Shown: in pieces, positions 17,925-26,877 of the stretch
How positions within the stretch are numbered: the first letter of the stretch is position 1
How the letters are laid out: every line of letters starts with the position of its first letter
DNA from: an uncultured Oscillospiraceae bacterium
Lineage (GTDB): Bacteria > Bacillota > Clostridia > Acetivibrionales > DTU013
NCBI GenBank assembly: GCA_964349435.1
Contig: CAYGHY010000002.1
Span: 1 to 38,350, forward strand
Direction: 5' to 3'
DNA length: 38,350 nt
Made by a program: the position numbers and the translations under genes
The notes under the pieces: model-generated
Told to the model about the DNA's origin: nothing
The model's database searches: none
The model's input: the letters and a program-made list of their open reading frames with translations, nothing else

Positions 17925-19442
17925 TTAACCTGTAATGTCTTTGAATGCCGGGGTTAATGTACCAAATAGCCTTTCATACGCGTCTGCATACCTTTTATAC
18001 GTTTCATGCCTTGCAGGATTGTACTCAAGTCTTGTATCAAAGCCGATAAATTTATCAATCGTTTTTTCCAGACTGCTGAAAGCCTTAACCCCATACCCGG
18101 CAATTACCGCACTCCCCAATACCGCAGTATCGCTAACGTGCAGGGCTGTATAGTCAATTCCCAGCACATCGGCTTTTATTGAATTGAACAATCTGCTTCT
18201 GGAACCGCCGCCTATTACATACACCTGGGAAAATTTCGTGTCATTAAGCAGGCTCTCTATAACTTTCAAGTAATATTTGTACTCATATGCGATTCCCTCC
18301 ATTATGGATCTATACATATGCGCTCTGTTATGAACCCAGCTTAACCCAAGCCATGCTCCTCTGATATACTGATTGTTGGGACAGACTCTTCCGCTGAAGT
18401 GCGGAAGAAAAATAAGACTTTCGCTTCCGGGAACAACTTTTTCCGCTTCTTTGTCCAATTCTCCGTAATCCGGTATGTTTCCAATGCCGGTCAAGCTATC
18501 CTTGAACCACTTGAGGCACATTCCCCCGCCATTTATATAAGCAAGCGGCGTCCACAATCCGGGAATGACCGACCTGGCATATAACAGCGTCTTGGTGTTC
18601 ACATCCGGCTCATATTTATCTACACAGCAGGCAAAAATCGAGGCTGTTCCTGCTACGTCAAGCAACAGGCCAGGCTTTGTTATTCCCGATCCAAGTAATG
18701 TAGCAGCCGAATCGCCACATCCGGCAACAATCGGCGTACCTGATAATAGCCCGCATTTGGCGGCCGCATCCGGCAACAATCCTCCCACTACCTTCCATGG
18801 CTCAACAATATCCGGCATTTTGTCTTTATCGACCTCAAACAGTTTTAAGAGCTCTTCAGACCATTTCAGGTTCTTTGTGTCGCCGAAGCCGGAGAAATGC
18901 AAATAGGAGTAGTCAATGAATGCATTTTCAGCCTTCAATCCGGCAAGCCGGCCAACCACAAACACACTTGGCAGCACAAACTTATCTATTTTATTGTATA
19001 CCTCGGGCCTTTCATGCTTCCACCACAATATCTTTGGCCCATGAGCATAAGTTACAGGGCAGCCGGTAATACTTATTATCTTGTCTTCGGCTTCTGCCTT
19101 GATAATACTTATATACTTTTCACATCGGGTATCCAGCCATGAATCATAATATGTAACTGCATTCCAATCCCTGTCTATGCCTAATATTCCCGCCATTTGC
19201 CCATCTATTCCTATGCCCAGAACGTCAGAAGGCTTAATGCCAGATTCCGACATGACTTCCGATATGGTATGAAGAACAGAATAATACAAATCATCGGTAT
19301 CCTGTTGAACTACACCTTTAGCAGGACTTATAAGTCTGGACGCTTCAAATGCATCTGCAACCTTCCTGCCTTCCAAAGAATAAATGGCCGCTTTTGTACC
19401 TTGCGTGCCTATGTCAATGCCTAACAGGTATTTTTTCCACAT
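17925..19442 (-). CDS. FGGY-family carbohydrate kinase (xylulokinase/ribulokinase-like)
   Basis: LLGIDIGTQGTKAAIY N-terminal ATPase motif, GGGSRS. ATG 19442 after AGGGGTG; the track ORF starts at 19472. Confidence 0.88.
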   Translation of the reverse strand: MWKKYLLGIDIGTQGTKAAIYSLEGRKVADAFEASRLISPAKGVVQQDTDDLYYSVLHTISEVMSESGIKPSDVLGIGIDGQMAGILGIDRDWNAVTYYDSWLDTRCEKYISIIKAEAEDKIISITGCPVTYAHGPKILWWKHERPEVYNKIDKFVLPSVFVVGRLAGLKAENAFIDYSYLHFSGFGDTKNLKWSEELLKLFEVDKDKMPDIVEPWKVVGGLLPDAAAKCGLLSGTPIVAGCGDSAATLLGSGITKPGLLLDVAGTASIFACCVDKYEPDVNTKTLLYARSVIPGLWTPLAYINGGGMCLKWFKDSLTGIGNIPDYGELDKEAEKVVPGSESLIFLPHFSGRVCPNNQYIRGAWLGLSWVHNRAHMYRSIMEGIAYEYKYYLKVIESLLNDTKFSQVYVIGGGSRSRLFNSIKADVLGIDYTALHVSDTAVLGSAVIAGYGVKAFSSLEKTIDKFIGFDTRLEYNPARHETYKRYADAYERLFGTLTPAFKDITG

Positions 19443-19455
19443 ACGAACACCCCTG

Positions 19456-20499
19456 TCAATCAAAATGCACAATATTCTTTAAGCCTTCTACAATTGATGC
19501 CCGGTTAACTCCCTCCATTATCATTTTTAATTCAAACCTGCCGGATATTAAATCTTTTACATCAAGCATACCGCCGGTAATAAACTCCAATGTCTTTCTG
19601 TACTGTATAAGGCTTGCCCTTGCACTCCCTGTAAGCGTCAGCTGCCTGTAGTGCACCAGATTCGTGTTGATACCTACTATAGCTTTAGCTGCGGGCAAAC
19701 CGCCAAAGAAGTTTATTCTGCCATTTATAGCCATCAAATCAAGCGAGTCTGCCTGCGCTTGCGGTGATGGGCAAGCTGTTATGCAAACATCCAGCCCTTT
19801 CCCCTTTGTAAGATCCAAAATTTGTTCTTTTAGATTATCGCTTTCGACAGTAATGAAGGAACCGTCAATTTTTTTGCTAACTTCAAGACGCAGCTTTGAG
19901 ATATCGTTTATTATTATTTTTGCCGCTCCGGCCATCTTCGCAAGCTTTGCATGCATTATTCCTATTGGCCCGGCTCCAATAATCAGGACTGCTTCCCCGG
20001 GCTTTATGCCGCATCTGAGAAACCCATTGTACACACATGATAAAGGTTCATTCAATGCCGCCTCGTCAAAAGATACATTTTCCGCAAGCTCTATAATATT
20101 GCCCTGCCTGCATGCCTCTTCAGGTATTTTAACATATTCTGCAAATCCTCCGTCAAGGTGAATTCCGAGAGCACGGTAGTCTATACAAAAATGGGTATTG
20201 CCGCTTACACAGTAGTCACACACTCCACATCCAAGATTAGGAGCTACTGCAGCACGCATCCCTTCCTTGTATTTTTGCAAATTCTTGCCAACCTTTATTA
20301 TGATACCGCTCAACTCATGTCCCAGTATCCTTGGTGTCTGTTCTGTAACACCATTGTAGCCGTTGTTAATCATCCTTATATCAGATCCGCATATAGCAGA
20401 ACTTATTACTTTCAGCAGTATCTCATTATCATTTATTTCCGGTGTCTTTACCTCCTGAAGTCTCAAATCATTTGGACCGTACAAAAAAGCCGCCAGCAT
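19456..20499 (-). CDS. Zinc-dependent medium-chain dehydrogenase (sorbitol/threonine dehydrogenase-like)
   Basis: CGSD...GHELSG catalytic Zn motif, structural Zn CGVCDYCVSGNTHFC, Rossmann GAGPIG. ATG 20499 after GGGGGGTG; the track ORF starts at 20556. Confidence 0.88.
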   Translation of the reverse strand: MLAAFLYGPNDLRLQEVKTPEINDNEILLKVISSAICGSDIRMINNGYNGVTEQTPRILGHELSGIIIKVGKNLQKYKEGMRAAVAPNLGCGVCDYCVSGNTHFCIDYRALGIHLDGGFAEYVKIPEEACRQGNIIELAENVSFDEAALNEPLSCVYNGFLRCGIKPGEAVLIIGAGPIGIMHAKLAKMAGAAKIIINDISKLRLEVSKKIDGSFITVESDNLKEQILDLTKGKGLDVCITACPSPQAQADSLDLMAINGRINFFGGLPAAKAIVGINTNLVHYRQLTLTGSARASLIQYRKTLEFITGGMLDVKDLISGRFELKMIMEGVNRASIVEGLKNIVHFD

Positions 20500-20554
20500 A
20501 TTACACCCCCCTGCTTTTAATACTTGTTGCCATTTCGGGCTAGTATTTATTCTC

Positions 20555-20583
20555 ATTTTACTTCTTCAGTTAGGAAATGTCAA
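20555..20583 (-). promoter_or_regulatory. Sigma-A type promoter for the dehydrogenase-kinase operon (TTGACA-17-TAAAAT)
   Basis: The minus strand reads aacaTTGACAtttcctaactgaagaagTAAAATgag. Confidence 0.55.
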
Positions 20584-20709
20584 TGTTTTTATTATCATAT
20601 GCTAATATTCGTTGTTATTTGTTATTTTTTCAGCATCAAAGCCGTTGCGTAATGCTGTAAACCGGTTGCGACACTTTAATTTCCTTCTTTATACTGTACT
20701 ACCTGTTAA

Positions 20710-23148
20710 CTATTCGCACTTTTTTATGTTAAACTCCAGTTTATCATCCACCAACTCCACCCGCACCGTATCGCCGGGCTTCACGGAGCCTTCCAGCATG
20801 TATTCTGCGAGTTTATCCTCCACCATGCTTTGTATGGATCTTCTCAGTGGCCTTGCTCCGAAAACCGGATCAAAGCCTTTTTTAACCAGATAAGCTTTGC
20901 CTTCGTCGCTTACCTCAAGGGTGACGTCGTTCTGTTTCAGCCTCTTTACAAGCACCTCCAGCATTATGCCGACTATAAGCTTGATATTATCTTCATCCAG
21001 TGGGTGGAAAACGATGATGTCATCCACTCTGTTCAGAAATTCAGGTCTGAAGGCTTTTTTTAGTTCACCCATGACGTTTCCCTTCATTTCCTCATAATTT
21101 CTGGCTGTGTCGTCTCCCACTATAAACCCAAGTCTCTTTGGTTCTGTTATCATCCTTCCCCCAACATTGGATGTCATAATGATTACTGAGTTTCTGAAGT
21201 CTACAAGCCTGCCCTGTGAGTCTGTCAATCTGCCGTCTTCAAGTATCTGCAGCAGTATGTTGAATACATCGGGATGAGCTTTCTCTATTTCGTCAAATAA
21301 TAATACGGAATAAGGTTTTCTTCTCACCTTTTCAGTAAGCTGTCCGCCTTCATCATAACCTACATAACCCGGAGGAGAGCCGACCAGTCTGGATACGGTG
21401 AATTTCTCCATGTACTCCGACATGTCAAAGCGGATTATTGCATTTTCATTGCCAAACAATGTCTCCGCCAGAGCCTTGCTCAACTCTGTCTTCCCAACGC
21501 CTGTCGGCCCAAGGAATATGAATGAGCCGGTGGGCCGCTTCGGATCCTTAAGGCCTACCCTGCCTCTTCTGATAGCTTTTGAAACAGCTTTTACAGCCTC
21601 CTCCTGACCGATTATCCTCTTGTGGAGTTCCTCCTCCAGCTTCATCAACCTTTCTGATTCTTCCTCCGCAAGACGTTTAACGGGTATACCGGTCCAGCTC
21701 GCAACAATATCGCCAACTTCATCTTCCGTTACCATATCTGTCCTGGTCTGATTCTTCTGATACCAATCGCCCTTTATTCTCTCATACTCTGCTTTAAGCT
21801 TCTGCTCCTGATCTCTGATACCTGCCGCCTGTTCAAAATCCTGAGATCTGATAGCATCTTCCTTATCTTTGCCCAACCTCTCTATCTGCTCCTCCAACCT
21901 CTTTACATCAGGCGGTTTTGTATAAGTTTTCAGTCTGACTTTCGAGGCAGCCTCATCAATAAGATCGATAGCCTTATCCGGCAGGTACCTGTCGGATATA
22001 TATCTGTCGGAAAGCCTGACTGCCGCTTCCAGAGCGCTGTCTGTTATCTTTACCCTATGATGGGCCTCATATTTGTCCCGAATACCCCTCAAAATTTCCA
22101 CCGTTTCTTCCTTCGTTGGCTCTCCCACTGTAATAGGCTGAAACCTCCGTTCAAGGGCGGCATCCTTCTCCACGTGTTTGCGGTATTCATTGAGCGTCGT
22201 TGCTCCTATTACCTGTATCTCGCCTCTTGCCAGCGCCGGCTTGAGTATGTTTGACGCATCTATGGCACCCTCAGCTGCTCCTGCTCCGATAATGGTATGC
22301 ATTTCGTCAATAAAAATAATGACATTGCCGGCCTTTCTGACTTCATCCATGGCTTTCTTTAGTCTTTCTTCAAACTCGCCACGATATTTTGCGCCTGCAA
22401 CCATCGATGAAAGATCTAATGTAACCACTCTTTTATCTTTGAGCAATTCCGGAATATTACCCTCCACAATTTTTTGTGCAAGTCCCTCAGCTATGGCCGT
22501 TTTACCTACTCCGGGCTCCCCGATGAGACAAGGGTTGTTCTTTGTCCGCCTGCTAAGTATCTGAACCACCCTTTCAATTTCCTTGTCACGCCCTATGATC
22601 GGGTCAAACTTGGCTTCCCTGGACATCTCGGTCAAATCTCTGCCAAACTGGTTTAGTGTAGGTGTGTTTGTATTGACGGATGTGTTTTTTGGCTCTCCTG
22701 AAGCACCGGGTGCTTCCTCGCTGACCATTTTGACAATGTCATTGAGCATCTTCTGCGGATCAACTCCCAGATCTATGAGTATACGCACAGCTACACTATC
22801 GCCTTCCCGCATCACCCCGAGAAGCAGGTGTTCCGTACCTATATAATTATGCCCCAACCTTCTGGCTTCTTTCAGGCTTAGTTCCAGTACTCTTTTGGTT
22901 CTTGGGGTGAAATCCAGAGGCTGCTGCTCTGCGTGTTCTCCTCGTCCAATCAATTCATCAATCTCTTTCAGTATTCTCTCTTCTGTGACTCCTTGTCCGT
23001 GAAGCACTCTTGCAGCCACACCCGTGCCTTCCCTGGCAAGACCCAGCAGAAGGTGTTCCGTACCCACATAGTTATGCCCAAGCTGCATTGCGCACGCTTG
23101 CGACAGGTTTATTGCTTTTTCAGCCTTTTCTGTAAATCTTCCATACAT
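20710..23148 (-). CDS. clpC: ATP-dependent Clp protease ATP-binding subunit ClpC
   Basis: 812 aa. Clp_N repeats, two AAA+ modules (GEPGVGKTA, GPTGVGKTE), UVR-like middle region. Confidence 0.96.
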   Translation of the reverse strand: MYGRFTEKAEKAINLSQACAMQLGHNYVGTEHLLLGLAREGTGVAARVLHGQGVTEERILKEIDELIGRGEHAEQQPLDFTPRTKRVLELSLKEARRLGHNYIGTEHLLLGVMREGDSVAVRILIDLGVDPQKMLNDIVKMVSEEAPGASGEPKNTSVNTNTPTLNQFGRDLTEMSREAKFDPIIGRDKEIERVVQILSRRTKNNPCLIGEPGVGKTAIAEGLAQKIVEGNIPELLKDKRVVTLDLSSMVAGAKYRGEFEERLKKAMDEVRKAGNVIIFIDEMHTIIGAGAAEGAIDASNILKPALARGEIQVIGATTLNEYRKHVEKDAALERRFQPITVGEPTKEETVEILRGIRDKYEAHHRVKITDSALEAAVRLSDRYISDRYLPDKAIDLIDEAASKVRLKTYTKPPDVKRLEEQIERLGKDKEDAIRSQDFEQAAGIRDQEQKLKAEYERIKGDWYQKNQTRTDMVTEDEVGDIVASWTGIPVKRLAEEESERLMKLEEELHKRIIGQEEAVKAVSKAIRRGRVGLKDPKRPTGSFIFLGPTGVGKTELSKALAETLFGNENAIIRFDMSEYMEKFTVSRLVGSPPGYVGYDEGGQLTEKVRRKPYSVLLFDEIEKAHPDVFNILLQILEDGRLTDSQGRLVDFRNSVIIMTSNVGGRMITEPKRLGFIVGDDTARNYEEMKGNVMGELKKAFRPEFLNRVDDIIVFHPLDEDNIKLIVGIMLEVLVKRLKQNDVTLEVSDEGKAYLVKKGFDPVFGARPLRRSIQSMVEDKLAEYMLEGSVKPGDTVRVELVDDKLEFNIKKCE

Positions 23149-23176
23149 TGTTCATCACTCCACTCCATGTAATCTT

Positions 23177-24214
23177 TTACCTTATGTTATTTTTCAACTT
23201 TTCCCTTATATACTCGGCGCGCCTCTGATCTCTCTCCTCCGACGAGAGCTGTCCTCCCGACAGCTTCTGTAAATAAGCCGGCTGTACTATCATCATCATT
23301 TCATTCAGATCGTCCAGCTCCATACCCGTCATCAACCCTATAACAACCCCAAGTCTTACATCAGACATCAATTTTAGACTTTCTTCGGTGGAAATGATCC
23401 TCGCATTCAAAAGCAAGCCGAGCGACCTGAATATCCTATCCTCAAACCGTATGGGATTCTGCTTGTAAAGCTCTGCTCTGAGCATTCTCTCCTGTTCGGC
23501 AATCTGTAAGGTTATATTGCTGATACCTGCGATAATTTCTTCTTCCGTCTGTCCCAGTGTAATCTGGTTGGATACCTGAAACATATTTCCCGAGGCCTCG
23601 CTATTCTCGCCGTATATTCCCCTGACAGCCACACCAAGCTTACCGCAGGTCTCAAGTATGCCCTTGATATAGCCGGTCATGGACAGAGCCGGCAGGTGAA
23701 GCATTACAGATGCTCTGATACCCGTACCTGTATTCGTGGGACAGCAGGTAAGATATCCGCTGTTTTTGTCGAAAGCGAAATCCAGCTTCTCCTCCAGCTG
23801 TGAATCAATACTGCTGCAAAGCTTCCACGCTTCTTCAATTTGCATGCCTGGGAAAATACATTGCAGCCGTAAATGGTCTTCTTCATTCACCATAATGCTT
23901 ATTCTGCCATCTTTGCTGACTATGACTGCCCTGTTGTTATCACCTTCTGCAAATTCTGGACTTATAAGGTGCTTTTCAACAAGCACTTGTTTATCTACCT
24001 GCTTCATGGCCTGCATTTCCATATATAAAAGGTTTTTAATATCGGCGTCACTACTGTTGAACACAGCATTCCCGACCTTTACCAGTATCTCTCCGCTCTG
24101 CTCCCTGTTTAGCTTCGACGAAAAAGGATAGGCCTCCAGGTTTCGGGCCAGCCTTATTCTGCTGCTTATCGCCACGTCGGCTTCAGGTATTAATTTTACC
24201 CCATCCTCATTCAT
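23177..24214 (-). CDS. mcsB: Protein arginine kinase McsB
   Basis: Guanidino-kinase-like domain (RIRLARNLEAYPF, EEDHLRLQ, CPTNTGTG). ATG 24214 after GGGGGTG; the alternative GTG 24223 overlaps the mcsA stop. Confidence 0.93.
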   Translation of the reverse strand: MNEDGVKLIPEADVAISSRIRLARNLEAYPFSSKLNREQSGEILVKVGNAVFNSSDADIKNLLYMEMQAMKQVDKQVLVEKHLISPEFAEGDNNRAVIVSKDGRISIMVNEEDHLRLQCIFPGMQIEEAWKLCSSIDSQLEEKLDFAFDKNSGYLTCCPTNTGTGIRASVMLHLPALSMTGYIKGILETCGKLGVAVRGIYGENSEASGNMFQVSNQITLGQTEEEIIAGISNITLQIAEQERMLRAELYKQNPIRFEDRIFRSLGLLLNARIISTEESLKLMSDVRLGVVIGLMTGMELDDLNEMMMIVQPAYLQKLSGGQLSSEERDQRRAEYIREKLKNNIR

Positions 24215-24215
24215 T

Positions 24216-24743
24216 TCACACACCCCCGCACATATTCCCCACGCCTTCCAACTCCTTAATCCTGTCCCTCAGCTCAGCCGCCCTTTCATATTCCTCCTTG
24301 CCAATTGCAGCTGTGAGTTCAGCTTTAAGTCGTTCAAGCTCGTTTGTCGCACTTATGCATTTGGAAACTCTCCCTGGTACTTTACCGGTATGTTCAACAT
24401 TTCCATGAATCCTCCTCAGTATCGGACTCAATTTCTCTCTGAAAACAGTATAGCAATTGCCACAGCCCAACTTCCCGGTTTTTCTGAAATCCTCAAAGCT
24501 CATGCCGCATACACCGCAGCGTGCTTCTTCAGGCTGTTCCATCTGCGCAAAGCCAGGGCTGCCGCTGCCGCCAAAGCCGGGGAAGCCCCAAAGAAAGTCT
24601 CCCAAATTGAGCTGCGGGCTGAAACTCATTTGCCCTTTTTCTTTTGCACACTGCTCGCAAAGGTACATTTCTACCTTCTTACCGTGCATTATCTGCGTAA
24701 AATGAACATCCGCCACTTTTTTTTGACACTGTTGGCACAACAT
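24216..24743 (-). CDS. mcsA: McsA, activator of protein arginine kinase (zinc-finger plus UVR domain)
   Basis: CQQC..CEQC..CGVCG..CGNC cysteine pairs and a C-terminal UVR-like EEYERAAELRDRIKELE. ATG 24743 after GGGAGTGAGG; the track ORF starts at 24761. Confidence 0.92.
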   Translation of the reverse strand: MLCQQCQKKVADVHFTQIMHGKKVEMYLCEQCAKEKGQMSFSPQLNLGDFLWGFPGFGGSGSPGFAQMEQPEEARCGVCGMSFEDFRKTGKLGCGNCYTVFREKLSPILRRIHGNVEHTGKVPGRVSKCISATNELERLKAELTAAIGKEEYERAAELRDRIKELEGVGNMCGGV

Positions 24744-24860
24744 ATGCCTCACTCCCTGCATATTTTGAATATCGTACTAATTTTACCCATAGCAGCTCAA
24801 TGCAAACATACTGCATTTCCGTCGGAGACGTTTCGAATTCCGGCTGTTAAAAGCGGGATA

Positions 24861-24916
24861 CTCTCACCTCTCACCTCTCACCTCTCACCTCTCACCTCTC
24901 ACCTCTCACCTCTCAC
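24861..24916 (-). repeat. Eight perfect tandem heptamers (GTGAGAG)8 on the coding (minus) strand, starting inside the ctsR stop codon
   Basis: The plus strand reads (ctctcac)x8 at 24861-24916. The ctsR TGA is 24915-24913. Confidence 0.97.
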
Positions 24917-25371
24917 ACCAGCAGACTTGTCAGCATATTTTTCAGCATTACCGCCCTTACTGTGTCCCTGTATGGCATCTGGATACTTCCAAGTACCTTG
25001 TCACTGGTTGCGGCTTTTAGAATCAATCCTTCCCTGTCGCTGATAACTTCATAATCAATAAAATTGGAAATGAATACCACGGCTGATTGCTGGGAGATGC
25101 TGTCCCCCATAGAGCTTATAATATGCATCAGGTAGTTCCCCGGCCTGCTGATATTCACCCTTTTTATACTTATATGGCCGCCGCCGCCGCGCCTGCTCTC
25201 TACATAGTAACCCCTCTCGGTAGTAAATCTGGTATCTATAACATAGTTTATTTGCGAGGGCACGCAATTAAAATAATTTGCCAGCTCATTACGTTGTATC
25301 TCAATAGAGCCATCCGTTTCAATAATCATCTGCTTTAAAAAAGATTCAATGATATCACTCATTCTAGCCAC
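24913..25371 (-). CDS. ctsR: Class III stress-gene repressor CtsR
   Basis: 152 aa, MSDIIESFLKQM..IEIQRNELANYFNCVPSQINYVI..RFT.ERGYYVESRRGGGG. First gene of the ctsR-mcsA-mcsB-clpC operon. Confidence 0.95.
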   Translation of the reverse strand: MARMSDIIESFLKQMIIETDGSIEIQRNELANYFNCVPSQINYVIDTRFTTERGYYVESRRGGGGHISIKRVNISRPGNYLMHIISSMGDSISQQSAVVFISNFIDYEVISDREGLILKAATSDKVLGSIQMPYRDTVRAVMLKNMLTSLLV

Positions 25372-25402
25372 ACGCGCACTCTCCTTTCATCCTTGTATTG
25401 AT

Positions 25403-25419
25403 TTTGACTATCTTTGACT
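25403..25419 (-). promoter_or_regulatory. CtsR operator (AGTCAAA-GAT-AGTCAAA)
   Basis: Exact fit to the (A/G)GTCAAA-NAN-(A/G)GTCAAA heptad direct repeat, immediately downstream of the -10. Confidence 0.85.
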
Positions 25420-25428
25420 TTCAAGTAT

Positions 25429-25457
25429 ATTATAAAACACACATACAGTATATTCAA
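25429..25457 (-). promoter_or_regulatory. Sigma-A promoter of the ctsR operon (TTGAAT-17-TATAAT)
   Basis: The minus strand reads TTGAAT (25457-25452), a 17-nt spacer, TATAAT (25434-25429). Confidence 0.8.
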
Positions 25458-25513
25458 GGATTTTTGAGGATTTTCAAATATATTTGATATGTGGCGTGCG
25501 TAGTTATTTACTC

Positions 25514-25546
25514 AAAATTAAAAGCCAGGCAGCTTTGCACCACCTG
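25514..25546 (-). terminator. Terminator after the DUF4349-like gene
   Basis: caggtggtg-caaa-gctgcctg stem (with G-U pairs) followed by GCTTTTAATTTTG. Confidence 0.55.
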
Positions 25547-25617
25547 ACTTCGCATACAGGATTAGTATTCGTCCTTTCTAACTTATTCTTTTTCGCTTCA
25601 TCTGTCATCATCTATTT

Positions 25618-26685
25618 CTATTTATTTTCCTCTTCACTTTCCTTTTTGATAGCATTAACCGTCTCTTTCCGCTTTTGCGGTATGCGTCTGTAGATAAACA
25701 AACCCAGCAGCACGAACAGTCCGAGCAGAATCAGCACCGGAATCGCCGCTACGACAATTATGAGCAGCTCGCCCAAAAAGGTTACAACACCTTCGAGGCT
25801 GGATTTCAGATTGTCAAGCAGCTTCTCCCCGTAAGACAATTCATTTGGATTTTTTATGACATTCGGGTTCTTCTCATTCATTGTTATTGTAATTGTAGAC
25901 AGTTCCACCAGACTGTTCATTTTATTCAGGTTGCCTGTCAGACTCTCAATCTCCTGCCGTATTTCAGTCAGCCTGCTCTCCGTCCTGAAAATCTTATCCA
26001 GGTCCTCCAGCTTTGCCAGATATACTTCCAGCCTGCTTTGCTCCAACTTTAGTATCCTCAGCCTAGATTCGGTATCAACAAACCTGTCTGTAACATCCTG
26101 ACCGGTTATGGACTCGTTGGTAACATCACCAATCCCTTTGAGATTATTAAAAACAGAATCAAATTTTTCTTTGTATACTCTCAGCAGTAGTGTGCCATTT
26201 TTTATAAGCTTGAGGTTGCCATCAACATACACTCTATCCGTAACGACGTTGGACTCCTGTACAATGCCTATGCCGCTGATGATAGAGTTAATATTATTCC
26301 GGGCTTCGTCAAAGTTCTCAACTTCAATGTTAAGGTTTGCGCTGCGGATAATTTTCCTTTCGGCCAGTATAGCGTTGGATACATTATCAATCGTGTTTCC
26401 TGTGCCCGCCAGCGAGTCTGCCACACTTGCTGTTTTAGGAACTTGTGACGCATTAACCGGTTCATTTCCTTTATACGCTTCTCCCCCCTTCTGATCGGCC
26501 AGTCCAGAGCCATCTGCAGCTCTTTCTGCAGCTAAAGAATAGGTTGTCATTATATCATTGCGCGCTTCTTCTTGAGGGGCTGCGGGATAATCAGCAGAAG
26601 TGTTCCCCGTTCTGGCGCCGCACCCTGCAAAGGCTGATATCAGCAGCACCACTGCCATGAGAATTCCAAAATACCTCTTATTCAT
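25618..26685 (-). CDS. Lipoprotein with a coiled-coil region and a C-terminal TM helix (DUF4349-like)
   Basis: Lipobox LISAFAGC, ERKIIRSANLNIEVENFDEA block, C-terminal TM LLIIVVAAIPVLILLGLFVLLGLFIY. ATG 26685 after AAGGAGG. Confidence 0.6.
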   Translation of the reverse strand: MNKRYFGILMAVVLLISAFAGCGARTGNTSADYPAAPQEEARNDIMTTYSLAAERAADGSGLADQKGGEAYKGNEPVNASQVPKTASVADSLAGTGNTIDNVSNAILAERKIIRSANLNIEVENFDEARNNINSIISGIGIVQESNVVTDRVYVDGNLKLIKNGTLLLRVYKEKFDSVFNNLKGIGDVTNESITGQDVTDRFVDTESRLRILKLEQSRLEVYLAKLEDLDKIFRTESRLTEIRQEIESLTGNLNKMNSLVELSTITITMNEKNPNVIKNPNELSYGEKLLDNLKSSLEGVVTFLGELLIIVVAAIPVLILLGLFVLLGLFIYRRIPQKRKETVNAIKKESEEENK

Positions 26686-26780
26686 ACCTTCTTCCTCCTT
26701 CATCCTATCTCTATTATGGACTATGTGTTTTTAGACGCACATGTCTATAGAAAGTTCCAACGCAGCCAGTGAGATGAAAA

Positions 26781-26813
26781 TCAAAAAGCAGAGCTGCCAT
26801 TATTGGCAGCTCT
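26781..26813 (-). terminator. Rho-independent terminator after the EF-G paralogue
   Basis: AGAGCTGCCA-ATAA-TGGCAGCTCT followed by GCTTTTTGATTTT. Confidence 0.85.
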
Positions 26814-26877
26814 ACTGTGTATTTCGGTCACCAGGTTCTATTTTCTATCAGCAGGAGTTCCTTTTCGTCACTCATGT

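Noticed and set aside
20631-20657. Hairpin cagcat-N15-atgctg as the clpC terminator
   Set aside because: On the clpC (minus) transcript the stem is followed by an A run, and on the plus strand the T run precedes the stem. It is not a canonical intrinsic terminator in either direction.
24390-25043. 217-aa plus-strand ORF with a repeated SPLTSHL peptide
   Set aside because: It is antisense to mcsA and ctsR. Its repeat is simply the open reading of (CTCTCAC)n, which has no stops on that strand. It has no RBS, so it is a shadow ORF.
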